Below are positions 1 to 12,300 of a stretch of DNA of 64,000 nucleotides, piece after piece. The notes beneath the pieces are model-generated. The model saw only the letters and a program-made list of their open reading frames with translations. It had not been told where the DNA came from and made no database searches. This DNA comes from Fistulifera solaris (lineage: Eukaryota): positions 496,001 to 560,000 of the forward strand of contig AP026149.1 of NCBI GenBank assembly GCA_030295235.1. Direction: 5' to 3'. Positions within the stretch are counted from its first letter, which is position 1; each line of letters starts with the position of its first letter. Position numbers and translations under genes: made by a program.

Positions 1-868
1 TCTTATAGACACCTTTGTGGAAAATCATCTTGGTGCCAGAGGTGGGATTCAGGGATATATTCGGACCTGGTCTGTAGCTGAGGCCCCTTCTAGAAGCAAC
101 GGGAACGGCACAAGTGCACCCGCTTTCATAACCTACCAGATGAGTCGCAACCGTTGGTGTGAATGCATCGGACGCGCTCATCGAAGCAACAATATTCAGT
201 GGACAGTAGATCTACGCTTATGGCACTGCATCCAGTCATGTCATGACCCAGACTGTCGAATGCTTGGCTTTCGAGGTACGCCAGTTCCACTCCCACAGGA
301 TATTCGGGATCAGGTGGAAGATCAAATTTTCGAAGAACAACTTGCCCGAGTGGACGAAGACACTCTGATAGATCAGGCCAGATCGATGACAAAAGAGCTC
401 ACTCCTAGTCAATCACTCCAAACTGCATTGTCTTCCTTAACCATCAATGGCGAGGCAGAAGAAAAAGCGAACGATCACAATTTCCTACCTTATTATGAGA
501 AATCTGGAGAGGATTCATTCGAGCAGCAGCTACTGAACTTAGACACAGCCGGTGGTGACCTCGTATCAAAAGCAGAGGAAACCTCACTCCTTGCATGCGA
601 CGGGCTCTCTGAAGAGGAATCGTTTGAGGCGCAGCTTCTGCGTTTAGAGGAAACTGTCACATCGACCCTGAAGAAAGCCTCATTGAAACCAGAAGACGTT
701 GCCGTGTTACACCCACAAGAAGCGGAAGTGTCAAATGAAAAGATTAATACAATTGTTACCTCCAAATCAAAGACAGTCGAAGAGCACAAACCATTAAACG
801 AACCCTACAGCGAAAGCAGTGACGATGACAATGATTTTGATCTTCTTGCATTTGTGAAAGAGAAATAA
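1..868 (+). CDS. PRIMPOL: PrimPol-like primase-polymerase, 3' part (UL52-type zinc finger plus acidic tail); 5' end lies outside the window
   Basis: RWCECIGRAHRSNN...QSCHDPDC matches the C-H-C-C zinc finger of the PrimPol/CCDC111 C-terminus. Confidence 0.8.
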   Translation, partial: LIDTFVENHLGARGGIQGYIRTWSVAEAPSRSNGNGTSAPAFITYQMSRNRWCECIGRAHRSNNIQWTVDLRLWHCIQSCHDPDCRMLGFRGTPVPLPQDIRDQVEDQIFEEQLARVDEDTLIDQARSMTKELTPSQSLQTALSSLTINGEAEEKANDHNFLPYYEKSGEDSFEQQLLNLDTAGGDLVSKAEETSLLACDGLSEEESFEAQLLRLEETVTSTLKKASLKPEDVAVLHPQEAEVSNEKINTIVTSKSKTVEEHKPLNEPYSESSDDDNDFDLLAFVKEK

Positions 869-906
869 GATATTTTTATAATATGATTACTTTCTTTTAG
901 TTATGA

Positions 907-2071
907 CTATTGTTTGTTTGTGAAGAAGTTGTCCTTAAAACTAAACAGAGCTTTCAAGCCTCTATCTAGAGCAGACTTAACTTCTTCCGTGGTCAAATTG
1001 ATATTGTTACTTTCAATGATTTTTCTCATGACGAAGCGCTTACATCGTTTCTGCTGCAACCAGAGGCCGGTTGTATCGTATCTTCGCCCTGTCTTATCTT
1101 CAAACAAAATTTCGTATCCTCGTTTGCGGTAGAATTCCAAAGCAAGTTCGTTGTCGTCTTCCACTTCCAAAGTGATTTCATTCTTGTTCCACCGCGCTTG
1201 TACTTCTTCTTCACATCGTTGCGCTAAAGCAGAACCGACACCGGATCGCCGTGCAGAGTATTTGACTGACAAGTTGGTCAAGAATGGTCTCACCGGTGAC
1301 TGACTTTTCGCATCTGCGGTATCCTCTTGTTTTTGTAAGAAGGAAAGCAGATTCGCTGATTGACTTTTCTCTTTATAACTTTCATAGGGTCCCAAGCCGT
1401 AAGGTTTCTGCGTTACTTCCACAAACCCCACCACTTCCCCCCCGCACATAGTCATCTTGCGGATTGCCGATAAAGTTGTAAACATGATCGAAATCGAGCA
1501 ACAACGGTGCATTGTATTCAACATCTTTCGCCGGAACAATCGTTCGTGCCACTAGCATAAAGTTATTTTCCGCTTGCTGCTTCCTTCGTTGTTCCAAATC
1601 ACCCTGTTGCAAGGTTCTCAAGTACGCCAATTGGTATTCTTTCCACGGTGCCGTATTATCTTTCCGGCCTCCATCATTGAAGAAAGCATCGATGCACATG
1701 TCTGAAATTTCTCGATACACACGCGGATGTGGTTTGCTGGGAAGTGCTTCTATGACAAAGGGAATTCGGCCCGATCGTTGTTCCTCCAACGAAAATCCCG
1801 TTGATTTCGTCGCAATCGCGTCCAGAGACGACGAACGGCGGGGTGTTGTGGAGGCAAGTGACACTCTAAAAGCATCGACTTTGTAAGACAAAGAGAGAGT
1901 AACCAGCAGGAGTGAACACAGAGACAGTGTTACACAATGCCGCTTTCGTCTTCGACGGAAATTGAGAAGTGAAGAACGAAGGTCCTGATTATTTACACTT
2001 CCTAGAGCGAATGAGCGTACTGCGTTCCCGTCCCTCGGCACCGCCGTCGATCGGCGTGATCCGGTTGTCAT
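907..2071 (-). CDS. GNAT-family N-acetyltransferase, split by a frameshift at a G7 run (~1437-1443)
   Basis: FLTNLSV..ARRSGVGSAL (acetyl-CoA motif A) and LEVEDDNELALEFYRKRGY; ORFs 1382-2125 and 907-1539 join as DDYVRG/EVVGFVEV if one G is removed. Confidence 0.8.
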
Positions 2072-2619
2072 GGCGGAACAGACACAAAGACCCGGAAAAG
2101 AATGCAGCAAGGCAACTCTCGACAAACAAATACGACGTCAACAAAACAAAATACTGAAACAAAGGTTTTTGTCGGCCAACGCAGACCGCCGCGAAAGCGC
2201 AGCGCGCGGATCGCGAGCACGCAGTAGTAATTTGCGATCGCGATGGGACACGTCAAAGACAGTTCTTCTTCCAATAAGTTCAAGTGTGTGAACGAACGAT
2301 AACGGACGACAACGGACGACTCACGACCAAATCCATCCAGTCGTGAGAAAACGTCGTCTACACTTTAACACATAATAAATGACAGAATATAATGATGAAG
2401 TGTACCCTCGACACGTACGCGCTTCATTTTTCTTCTCAACATTTTCTGCATCATTTTTTGCACGATGTGGTGAGGTTTTCATGACACCATGTCACGCTCC
2501 TCCATGGGTCATCATCGTCATTATTATTTCTTCACATCGTGTCGAATACCATTTCTCGGCCGCGTTTCACAAGCAAGTAGAGACGATTCTTCCGATTGCC
2601 AAGACAGATTCGTGATAAT

Positions 2620-3779
2620 ATGTCCGCGAAGCTAGGGACAATCGCCCAGCCCTCTTCCGATACAGAACAAAAGCAAGTAGTTGCTTCGACTATCCGTCCC
2701 AGCGAGACGCAAAGCGATGGCCTTCAGGAAGTCGATCATATTCTCTCCAATGCGGCTCTCTGTGATTCGAAAACGACTCGTTCCGACACGACCACCCGAA
2801 ACGAAGAGATACTGTCCGTGACGAATCGACTGTTGGGACTGCGAGGATTGCCACCGGGAACACTCGCCACTCTTTCCGAACACGAAATCAAACGTCTGTG
2901 CGCGCAAGTTCGTCCTATATTGTTACAGCAACCTATGTTACTCGAACTCGAAGCGCCAATGCAAATATGCGGAGATATTCACGGACAATTTCCGGATTTA
3001 CTGCGATTATTTCAATTGGGTGGTTATCCACCAGAGTCGAACTATGTGTTTCTCGGGGACTATGTGGATCGAGGGAAGCAGTCAATTGAAACGATTTGTC
3101 TATTATTGGCCTACAAGGTACTTTACCCGGATCACGTCTTTCTTCTCCGAGGCAATCATGAACATCCCGGAATCAATCGAATCTACGGCTTTTACGATGA
3201 ATGCAAACGACGCTACTCTATCAAACTATGGAAATCATTCTCCGATGTATTCAATTGCTTACCAGTTTCAGCTGTAATTGACGACAAGATAATATGCATG
3301 CACGGAGGATTATCACCCCAGCTCAAGTCCATGAAGAACATTGCGGATATACCAAGGCCTTGTGATGTCCCGACTGCCGGATTGATGTGCGATTTGCTTT
3401 GGAGCGATCCGGATGATACAGTCACGGGCTGGCGTGCAAGTGACAGGGGTGTTTCTTTTGTCTTTGGAACGGACGTAGTACGTGACTTTTTGAGAGAGCA
3501 CGACCTTGACTTGGTAATCCGGGCCCATCAAGTAGTCGAAGACGGATACGAGTTTTTGCAGGAAGGGGACTCGTGACTTTGTTTAGCGCGCCAAACTATT
3601 GCGGAGAATTCGATAATGCCGGCGGCATGATAGCGATCGCCGAAGACCTCATGTGCTCATTTCAAATACTGAAACCGTCACCTCAACCTGCTTGTATACC
3701 TAAGCAATCGCAGCAACAGCAGACTTTGACAGCTCCACGGAATCGCTTTACGTTTCCATTACTGCCCTTCTCAGCGTAG
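2620..3779 (+). CDS. PP1: Ser/Thr protein phosphatase PP1 catalytic subunit with N-terminal extension; frameshift at a T run ~3553-3558
   Basis: [36 protein letters not shown], then [18 protein letters not shown] in the next frame. Confidence 0.93.
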
Positions 3780-3846
3780 ATTGTCGCACTATAGGCGAAA
3801 CAATTTAGCACGACGTGTACTTAATTGTTTCTTGTCAAGTCAATTG

Positions 3847-5081
3847 TCATTCATCTGCAGTTTCCGCCACTGCCTCTGAATCGCGAAAGGTAGAACGTGG
3901 CTCGTGTTCTAAGCGAAAAGCATCATTGTGATGGCCCGATCCATTACTCGTTTCTTCCTTGCGTCCTACATTGACCAGAACAAACCCTCCTAGAACCGCT
4001 AAGGCCCCCATTATAGAACCAGCAGTTAACACGTCACTGCGCTGCAGCAAAATGTCACTGGCAAATGCCAGCGGTATTGTCAACCCCAAACCAACCGTCG
4101 CGACGGTGGCACTCGTCAACATGATGGCCCTCAACCACAAATAGTCACTCAGAACATTGTCAAAAGTCCTTTCAAAACAACAAACCCTAAAACACTCATG
4201 CTCAAACTGGATTGACTGCTGAATAATTCGTAAATGGCAATGGGCGACAGAACTACCATATTGTAAAAGTCCAATGTAGCCCAGTAATACTTGCATGCTG
4301 TAGCGACGTTCGTCATGGGGACACAAGATTCGTGTTTGTACGGCATATGCACCATACCCAACGGCGGAAAGGAGACCCAAAGCATCCCCCCAAACGACCG
4401 TGGACGATCGCCCCATATCGTTTGCCTTATCGTCACTATTTTTCCGATCCTCAAGTGCGGTCAGAATACTCCCGGTCACACCCAAGAGTACGCCACTGCA
4501 TTTGACCCAATTGAATGTCTCGTCTTGACAGCTCACGGCAAACAGAAACGTAAACAACGATCCGGTGGATGCCAAGACGGTACTGGAAGTGATGGACGTG
4601 TAGGCAAGAGAAGCATTGTAGGCCCAGTTGGCCAGGAACCAGACGGGGGCAATTTGTCGAGCGGCGTGTTGATGATCGGCCACCGTCCAAACGGAAATGA
4701 CTCGTGATGTTGGAGAAGTCTCCCCTGCCTCCAACTCGTCCCTTATGTTCTCCGTGGAATCTTGACTCGAAACAGAACCATCGGTGTGGACGACTGCATA
4801 GGATTGTCGAGCGTGAGATGAAGAAGACATTTCCATCACGCCGATCGATGTATGTCGATCTTGTAACGCCCAAGCAGACAACAACGAATGCGTCGGCAGC
4901 CATAGAGAAAATAGTGACACACCGATATATGTTAACAAAAGGGAGAATCAAAGGATACATCCTCACTGTACAGATATTGCACTAAAATAGAAGAAGCCGT
5001 CCAGATGAGAGCGACCAGGACAATGAAGAAAAGACCCAACGAGTATGCAGCACTGACGTGCGCGGTCGGATGATCGGGCAT
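3847..5081 (-). CDS. SLC35F5-like drug/metabolite (EamA) transporter with several small frameshifts
   Basis: Multiple TM segments; WFLANWAYNASLAYTSITSSTVLASTGSLFT, GDALGLLSAVGYGAY, VATVGLGLTIPLA; upstream frame gives MPDHPT..LGLFFIVLVALIWTASS. Confidence 0.8.
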
Positions 5082-5203
5082 TTATTTGGAAGCCGCAATG
5101 TGAAAGGATAACTTCGGTAATTGAGATAACGGGCAGTTGCAAATGAATGAATGAATGATCTATTGGTGATCAATAATATTCAACACAACAATCAAAGAAT
5201 AAC

Positions 5204-5361
5204 GACGTTAAAATTCTGCCTCGTCGTGGATGCTACGTAGAATCTTGTACAGGGAACGGCGTTAAAATTCTGCCTCGTCGTAGACGCTACGTAGAATCTT
5301 GTACTGGGAGGCAGAATTTTAACGTCCTTCCTACTGGGAGGCAGAATTTTAACGTCCTTCC
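5204..5361. repeat. Compound direct + inverted repeat (two 54-bp-period units, then two 30-bp units carrying the inverted core)
   Basis: CGTTAAAATTCTGCCTC at 5206 and 5260; its reverse complement GAGGCAGAATTTTAACG at 5308 and 5338. Confidence 0.9.
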
Positions 5362-5516
5362 CCAGTTGTATGTACTACGTACAAACTATTAATCATCGTC
5401 GCGCAGTCGCGCAATACTTTGTGTGATACTACGTAGTATCGTAGTATCCCTGAACATAAGGAAAAGATGATGATTCTTCCGTAGTATACAGTGTCTAAAA
5501 GTACCAGGTACTGGTA

Positions 5517-7593
5517 CACCCTCCGTTCCAAAAAAAGCTGGTTCTAGAATTATAAAGATATTCCGTATTAAGCTGGGTAATTTTTACAGTAAGGTGATAA
5601 GTACCAAAAGTACCCGGATAACCTTAACCACTAATCTACAAGTCCTTCAAAATGCGCACCATTAGGGAAAAAGCCAACATTCCGACTTGTAGGAAACAAA
5701 GAAATGTTGTGTATTGTCTTCCTAAATTAAAGACTATTACTAGGTTTGCATCTGTAACAAGTTACAGGCTTGCCGTACCCTTCTTCGCCATCTGAGGTAC
5801 CGCAGATTGCATGCACAACATAGGAACAAATCAAACAAAAGTGTGCAGCATCAGCAGGTTTTCCACAGAAACCACAATTGACCTTTTCACCCACTTCACA
5901 AAGGGAAAACAACTTGCTTCCATCAGGTGGAGGTGCAATCATGGCATTTGTAGAAGGAGCGCTCACCCTCAAAGTCAAAGCAGTAGGAGTTGCCAAAGCA
6001 TTCACAGCAGGTGCAGTTGCGGCATTTGTAGGTGCGCTTGCCCTCACAGGAGTATGGGTCACCCTAGCCAGAACTGCGGCACGATCTAGAACAGTAGGAT
6101 CGCACAATAAACTTTCAGGCAATAGGTTCTTTCTGCGCAGTGCTTTCTTTTCATGTGCCCCAACTTGTAGCTGTTGCCGCCACCACATCTCATTGTTGCC
6201 TGCATAGCCATTTGAAGACTAAGGAAAACATCGTTGAGCGTGTCGCTAGTCAATTCATCAAACGATTCCTCCACTGCGGCAACCAGATCATCGATTATCT
6301 TTGGTACCTTCTTGTGCTGTAATGACTGGATAGAATTTAAAAAGCCCAGGTCAAGGACGTTTAGATCGGGGCTATTTGGCGGTTGGCACCTGAATGAAAT
6401 GCCGAAATTGCCGTCTTCTGCTGCTTCTATGAGAATAGGGTCATCAACATCACAATGAGGTTTTGCATTGTCTTGCTGAATAATGATCCGGTGGCGTTCG
6501 CTGCAGAGCATCTTTTCTTTGATGGCCGGGAGGAGTTCCTCAATAATCATCTGTCGAATGACATCCTTTGTCACTGAAGTCATCGCTTTTGTTTCCAATG
6601 TTCCTCTTTCGCGATTTTTAGAGTTCCGCTTCACCGGTTTTTTATAAACAAAGGGCCAGATTCCAATTTTACCGTCGAAAACCTTGTTTTCGACATGATC
6701 GAATCTCGGCCGTGTAACGGCAGCTAAGAACATCACTTTCGTAATGAACCTTTTACTTTTTGTTGTTCGCTTAGGGGTCTCTTCCCATGGCAACAAGTAA
6801 TAATTCTCGTTGACCTTGGTCATATAGAACCACTTTTCATCAATGTGAATGTAATTCATCATCCGATCGAACATCCCATCCTCTCCAACGAATGAACGGC
6901 AAAAGTTGAATCGTTCCTTCTTGTTTTTATCAGTGAGTACAGGCTTGATTGCATTGCTATGCCGGACAATCTTCCCAGATTTCAACAAGCGCCAAAGTGA
7001 TGTCTTTGGTATACTGATTGCAAAAGATAAAGACATAAGCGTGGTCCTCTTTGGTCCTCGTCACGATACTTTCTCTTGCGCCCACTATTTCCTTTCTTTC
7101 GGTTGGAGATGTCAACTTCCACATTTGGATCAAGAACTCCTTCTCTAGCTTGTTTCCAGAGGCTTTGAATCTGGGATTTCTTGAACGGGAAGAGGGTTAG
7201 AGCTTCTTCGAGGGCACCCTTAACCAAACGCCCCTTTTATGGCGTTGTGAAAGAAAAACGACAAGACTTGTGCGGTCCGCATCTGACGCATTTGGCTTCC
7301 TGTTGGCTAAACCTCGTCTTGCAATTATTTCATTCAACTGTTCATTCATTTGTTCATTCATTCCAAATCAAAAGTGAAGCCTGGTCGAACCAATTTAGCA
7401 TTGAAAACACGCGGTGATTTTCCAATGCTCACGATGAGGATGATGAAACAGTGCGCTACCACAGAATTGGGGCTTGTTGAAAAGCTCTCGAAAAGTAGAA
7501 TATTTTGATGTTTTAAAATATGTAATTAGTCCAAAAACCGCAATAAATAAGCAAAAATGCGTAAATATCCAGCTTTGTTTGGAACAGAGGGAG
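5517..7593 (-). mobile_element. Tc1/mariner superfamily DNA transposon, DD39D (plant-mariner type), 2077 bp, 25-bp TIRs, TA target-site duplication
   Basis: Left TIR CACCCTCCGTTCCAAAAAAAGCTGG (5517-5541) vs right TIR revcomp CTCCCTCTGTTCCAAACAAAGCTGG (7569-7593), 22/25 identical; TA at 5515-16 and 7594-95; CTCCCTCCGT-type terminus as in Stowaway/Osmar elements. Confidence 0.93.
5727..7361 (-). CDS. DD39D mariner transposase with probable C-terminal PHD-like zinc finger; three frameshifts (~7236, ~7045, ~6148)
   Basis: HIDEKWF, KVMFLAAV, GKIGIWPF, QQDNAKPH-...-PPNSPDLNVLD with 39 residues between the 2nd and 3rd Asp; N-terminal basic GRKRK; tail C-x2-C-x9-C-x2-C-x4-H-x2-C-x14-C-x2-C. Confidence 0.88.
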
Positions 7594-8108
7594 TATCTTG
7601 TACAAATTTTATTGTTTCGTTGTTATCATCCGCGCGATGTCAAGCGCGATGGGCGACCATATCTTTCGGTTTTGCGCTTTCGTCTGTTGCTATAAAGGAT
7701 TATTTCTCCCTTTCATAAGGCAATAAGGAAAGGCACTGGACTACGTTATCGACGCTCAGTTTGTCAACCCAGAAGACTTTAAATTGCTTGAGATCGCAAC
7801 ACATTACCTCAAGGTGAAAATCCATCTCGACCACGTTTTCTATGTAGCCGACTCCTGTGGGATACCGCCCTATCGCAATCGAGGCCCGAGAAGACAGAAC
7901 GGTCGGCCTCCATTGCCGTAAAGATAGACCAAAGAGATCCAATGAATCATCGTAGAACGATGAGAAGGAAGCCTGCGAACGAGGTAGAAGGTGCTCACCA
8001 GCACGTTGCGCCGGAGGTTGACAGTCGACCTCCATTGCGTTAAAGTTGACGGAGCTATAGCAAATTGTTTCTCTTTCTCCAATATAAGCTGAAGTAAAAT
8101 TATGATTA

Positions 8109-9241
8109 TTAAATTTTACCTTGATACCAAGTCGCATGACCCAATAAATCATCTATATCGGTTAACTGCCAGTTTCCGATTTCATTCTTTGACAGCCAGC
8201 AGAATCCGTAGGTTTTGACATCAACTTCGAAGCGTGCTAAGTGCACAACTCGCTGCACCGAACCGTCAGGGGTACCTTGAAGCACGGCGCCAGTTTTCGA
8301 ATCGATTACTTGAAATACTTCATCGCACTCAATGAGTACTTGCATCTCCACGGTGGTTGTTACGTAGTCGGGGACCTGATCGTCGGAGGGTAAAATGTGT
8401 TGATAAATGGAATTCACCACAGGATAGTCGGCGCGAAAAACACCGTCTACCACCAGTCCCTGAAGAAGTGATCGTAGTACCGAATCTCCTTCAACCATCT
8501 TTCGTGTCAGAAATGGAAAGCAAAACAAATTGTACAGAATGCATCGTCCCGTCGGATTCATTTCCAAGCGTATACGCAGTTGGTCCTTTCCTGACTGGTG
8601 CGCCGACTCGTAGAGTTTTCGAAGTTTACTGTGAAACATGCCATCACTCTGGCTGGATACTTTTAATAGTTCTTCCTTTTCCGCAATCTTGTCAGGATCG
8701 TCATCTGCCGTTCCATTGTCGCGAGGGAATTGAAAGTCGATTTTCAAAGAAGAATCATCATCGTTTTCCAGAGTACTAACAGTATTCGAGACATTGTACG
8801 TGTTTTGTATCATCGCTCCCACAGCTTGCGTAAAAGCCCAACCGGCGTTATTCGCCAATTCGTCTTTCCAGTGGGTCGACGTAAAGGACGTCACAAACTT
8901 GGACAAGAAACCGGATTTCGAGTTCTGCAAAAGAGCGCGTGCAAAAAAGCCAGCCCTCCCGGTGATAGCGTCAAATTAAACGCATTTTCAGGTGTGTCGG
9001 GGGTCAAACGCGGTAACATGGTCGTCTCGTGACGCCAAGGAAAGATTGGGCGCAATGGTGTACTCTTCTCTGGGGCGACAACTTTTATTCCTTCCGCTGT
9101 TGGATCAACGCTCGAGCAAAAACTGCGGTGATTAAACGCATTATTGCATCCTTTGAGCGTTATAGGAAGAGATGTATGATCCAGTAAGCCGCCTTGGCAG
9201 AATAACCGAAGACTGTGGCAGGCGCTTCTTCTCATTGTCAT
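8109..9241 (-). CDS. Probable mitochondrial Tim44-like/MAIP1-like domain protein; frameshift ~8930-8970
   Basis: Arg/Ser-rich presequence-like N-terminus; C-terminal VEMQVLIECDEVFQVID..VLQG..VVHLARFE..WQLTDIDD resembles the Tim44-like fold. Confidence 0.5.
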
Positions 9242-10130
9242 GTAGGTTCCGATGAAGCAATTGAAAAGATAGAGATTGCGACGAAAAGTGACAGCTCAGA
9301 AACCAGAAAGAACGGCTTTCGGAACTCTGCGGCTCTCGATCTTGGTCCTCGTTGACTGATAGAGTATGCTTTGAATGAACTTACAACGCAGCCTGACGAT
9401 TGAGGATTGGGCGAGTAGTTTGTTCGTAGTACTCGTCGTCAACCAACGCTTCGTGACCGAATTCAGTCATGACTCAATCTTGCATCAGTAACAATAATCC
9501 GTTCATTCGGGATTCGGGAGTAAATACATGTAATCTTTGAAGCTGCTTTGCATTCTCATTTCCAATATTCCCTGTCCAGCTTATGCCATGAAGGAATTTG
9601 GAAAGCGACGATCTGCTGTGCAATCTTCAGTAACCATGGGTGATCATCATGACTGCAGTTGAGCCTCTAAAGATTCATTATGCTAGAAAGATAAAAATGT
9701 TTGGCTACGGAGTACAATTTATGCATCCATTGATCATTCACGCGGAACTCCTACCGCATCATTGTCGCCAAACTTCCAAACTGCATCGTACAATTACCGA
9801 TTCCATCGTGTGGTTTACCTGGTACAAGTATGCGGCGAAACGCGCTCAGCTCGAGTTGGGCGACTTACCCTTATACCCCCGTTAAACCGAGATTACGCAC
9901 TTGCTGCACACAAGGTCTCCCGTCTCCTCTATTGCTACCAGGTATCGTCGCTCTTCGCTATTTTCTGTTTTTTGGCTTCCCAAACGTTCCTAAAGTTGAA
10001 CTTGGGAAATGTGATGGCGTATCATGTATTGTGTACCGTAAAACGTCGCCTATCCAACAGTCTAATCACCAAAAGTCATCCATAGGCTCCGAGAAACAAG
10101 ACCGTACAAAGCTAAATAAGCGCGGACGAG

Positions 10131-10165
10131 CAGAAGCAGAACGCAGAACGCAGAACGCAGAACGC
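10131..10165. repeat. 7-bp tandem microrepeat (GCAGAAC)n
   Basis: gcagaagcagaacgcagaacgcagaacgcagaacgc. Confidence 0.85.
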
Positions 10166-10740
10166 GTGCGCTTCTGTGTTCGGATTTGTAGCTACAAGTC
10201 ACAGTTCTTTAACTTTTGTCTGTATCAATACATTAACGATTGACATGGATTTGTTAATAAGATCCATGGTGAATGACAACCCCAAAACGGAAAATCCAAT
10301 ACCGGGTTTGCAGCTGGTCGACAACTTTGCAGCTGGTCCACAACTGCACTACCAAGGTTTCGAGAAAAGCGTCATCGTGAATCATGATCGAACCTTAAAC
10401 TTCAAGTTCTGCCTCTAATTACGAAAACGTATCTTTTATAATACGTTTCCCACTTGTTGTGTGACATACATTTCTGATGACCAAACCATAATTAGTGCTA
10501 TTTTGTATCACCCTCTCATTTTCCAGTGTAAATTAGGCTTCGCGCCCAACGGTTTCCTATTTCGTTCTAATTTCTAATTCTCCACCTTGGAATCGGGCTA
10601 AATTGTTGTACATTCCCTCGTAACTTGTCAGTGCGCATTTCACATGCTTTCTCCAGAACAAGCCAGTAACACATCATTATCTCGCCGTCCTGGATGCAAT
10701 CTTTGTTACAATCAGCGCTCAAAAATAAGACGCTTACACC

Positions 10741-11451
10741 ATGCCTTTGTCGTCAGATCCACACGCGGCAACTCCTTTGCAACAAGCCATAGAAATGAAC
10801 AACAGAGCGGCTAGTTTCATGGTGATGGGGCAAAACAGTCAAGGGCTGCAATGTTTTCAAGCCACAATTCGAGCAATGAAGGAAGCTTCCACCTTCCGCG
10901 CCGCTGATGATGCGTTGATTGATAAATTTCATTCCACCTTGATATCCGACGAGTCGGCTAGTTACATAATAAAACCATGCGCCAAGGCATTACTACAACA
11001 AACGCAAACTCACACATACATCTATGACCATCAGTTCCTTTTTGAAGAGTCCTCCGGTGTCTATTTCGACTATGAGACGCTATTGGCGCTTTATAGCGGC
11101 ACCATGCTTTTCAACTTTGGCCTCGCTCTCCACACCGACGGTCTAATGAACGGAAGCAATGGATTCCTGAGAAAAGCGCTTTACATTTATGAGATGGCAC
11201 TTTGCCTTCTACGGCCCAACGCTCGGTGCGAACCATTCGCCGCTGTGCTTGCTGTCATCCTTAACAATAAGGCGTGCATTTACTCTATTCTGGGCGAGTT
11301 CACAAACGCCGAACGTCAATTCTCTCATCTCGCCGACATTTTACATGGCATGTATCGGCAGCTATGTCAAGTACTTTCTCCTCCTGCTCTGGAAGAGCTG
11401 TATCTTAACACACTGGTTTGTCGGAGTCCCTGTGCGTCTCAAGCAGCCTAG
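10741..11451 (+). CDS. Hypothetical helical/TPR-like protein of a diatom-expanded type
   Basis: 236-aa ATG ORF; AIEMNNRAA, MLFNFGLALH, LRKALYIYEMA, AVILNNKA; ends ASQAA. Confidence 0.7.
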   Translation: MPLSSDPHAATPLQQAIEMNNRAASFMVMGQNSQGLQCFQATIRAMKEASTFRAADDALIDKFHSTLISDESASYIIKPCAKALLQQTQTHTYIYDHQFLFEESSGVYFDYETLLALYSGTMLFNFGLALHTDGLMNGSNGFLRKALYIYEMALCLLRPNARCEPFAAVLAVILNNKACIYSILGEFTNAERQFSHLADILHGMYRQLCQVLSPPALEELYLNTLVCRSPCASQAA

Positions 11452-11551
11452 TCTCTAGACCGGACTGTTCGAAAGACATATATTCATGATTACATTTTTA
11501 CTTGATAAAAAGTCGGAACAATGAAAATATAAAAGTTAAAAATAGAAATTG

Positions 11552-12300
11552 TTACTCTTTGCTTGGCACTTCTTCCGTTGGTGCATTTTGTAACACCGGC
11601 ATTTGAAATACGTAGCGTTCCCACAGTTTCGAATCAGAGATTAAATCTTTCATGAATTTTGCCACGAGTGAACGCGCAATTTTTGTGTCACCAAACAAGC
11701 TTCCTACGGGCTTGTCGTGCACTTGATAGTCGGATGTCGCATCTTCCACGAGATTGGTTGGGCGGACAATCACCCACTTAATACCGTCTTGTGTGGAAGG
11801 AAATTGAGTTTGCAAGTAGGCCGCTGCCTCTTCATTATCGACGTGCGGAGTGAATAAGTAACGGAAAAAGGAGAGGATAGCTCGTTCCGTAAAGGACGAA
11901 GGTCATCGTTGGGACCCACGACGCCATCGGAGCTCATCAGAATGAATTTTTTGTTTTTGGCGGCTGCTGTGAGGCGTTTGACCGTATCGGTGACGAGGCG
12001 ACGATCGGCCCGACCCCAAATACCCGAGAGGTTCAAAGTATGACCGAGACAACTCACGAGAATGTCGGCTTGGTCTACCAGTTCTTGATATTCGGCAGCT
12101 GACAAGTCATTGAAAGAGGGTGCTTCTTTGACTGTCAAAAGATCTTTTTCCACTTTGTCGGTGTCAATCAATGAGAGTAGACGCTCTTTGGAACGTACAA
12201 TAACGGAAACCGGATAACCGTCGGTAAGTAAACTTTGCACGAGGTGTTTGCCTGTAGCACCGGTGGCTCCGACAATCAAGACGGTAGGATTGGTTTTCAT
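11552..12300 (-). CDS. NAD(P)H-binding Rossmann protein (flavin reductase/atypical SDR-like); frameshift ~11890
   Basis: VLIVGATGATGKHLV, ILVSCLG, ILMSS; second ORF WVIVRPTNL..IARSLVAKFM. Confidence 0.85.

Noticed and set aside
7700..8152. 150-aa minus-strand ORF next to the transposon's right TIR
   Set aside because: Lies outside the TIR, has no recognisable motif and overlaps the end of the neighbouring gene; cannot be supported as a gene.
9300..10700. Short ORFs in the long intergenic region
   Set aside because: Overlapping, motif-free and without coding-like composition.
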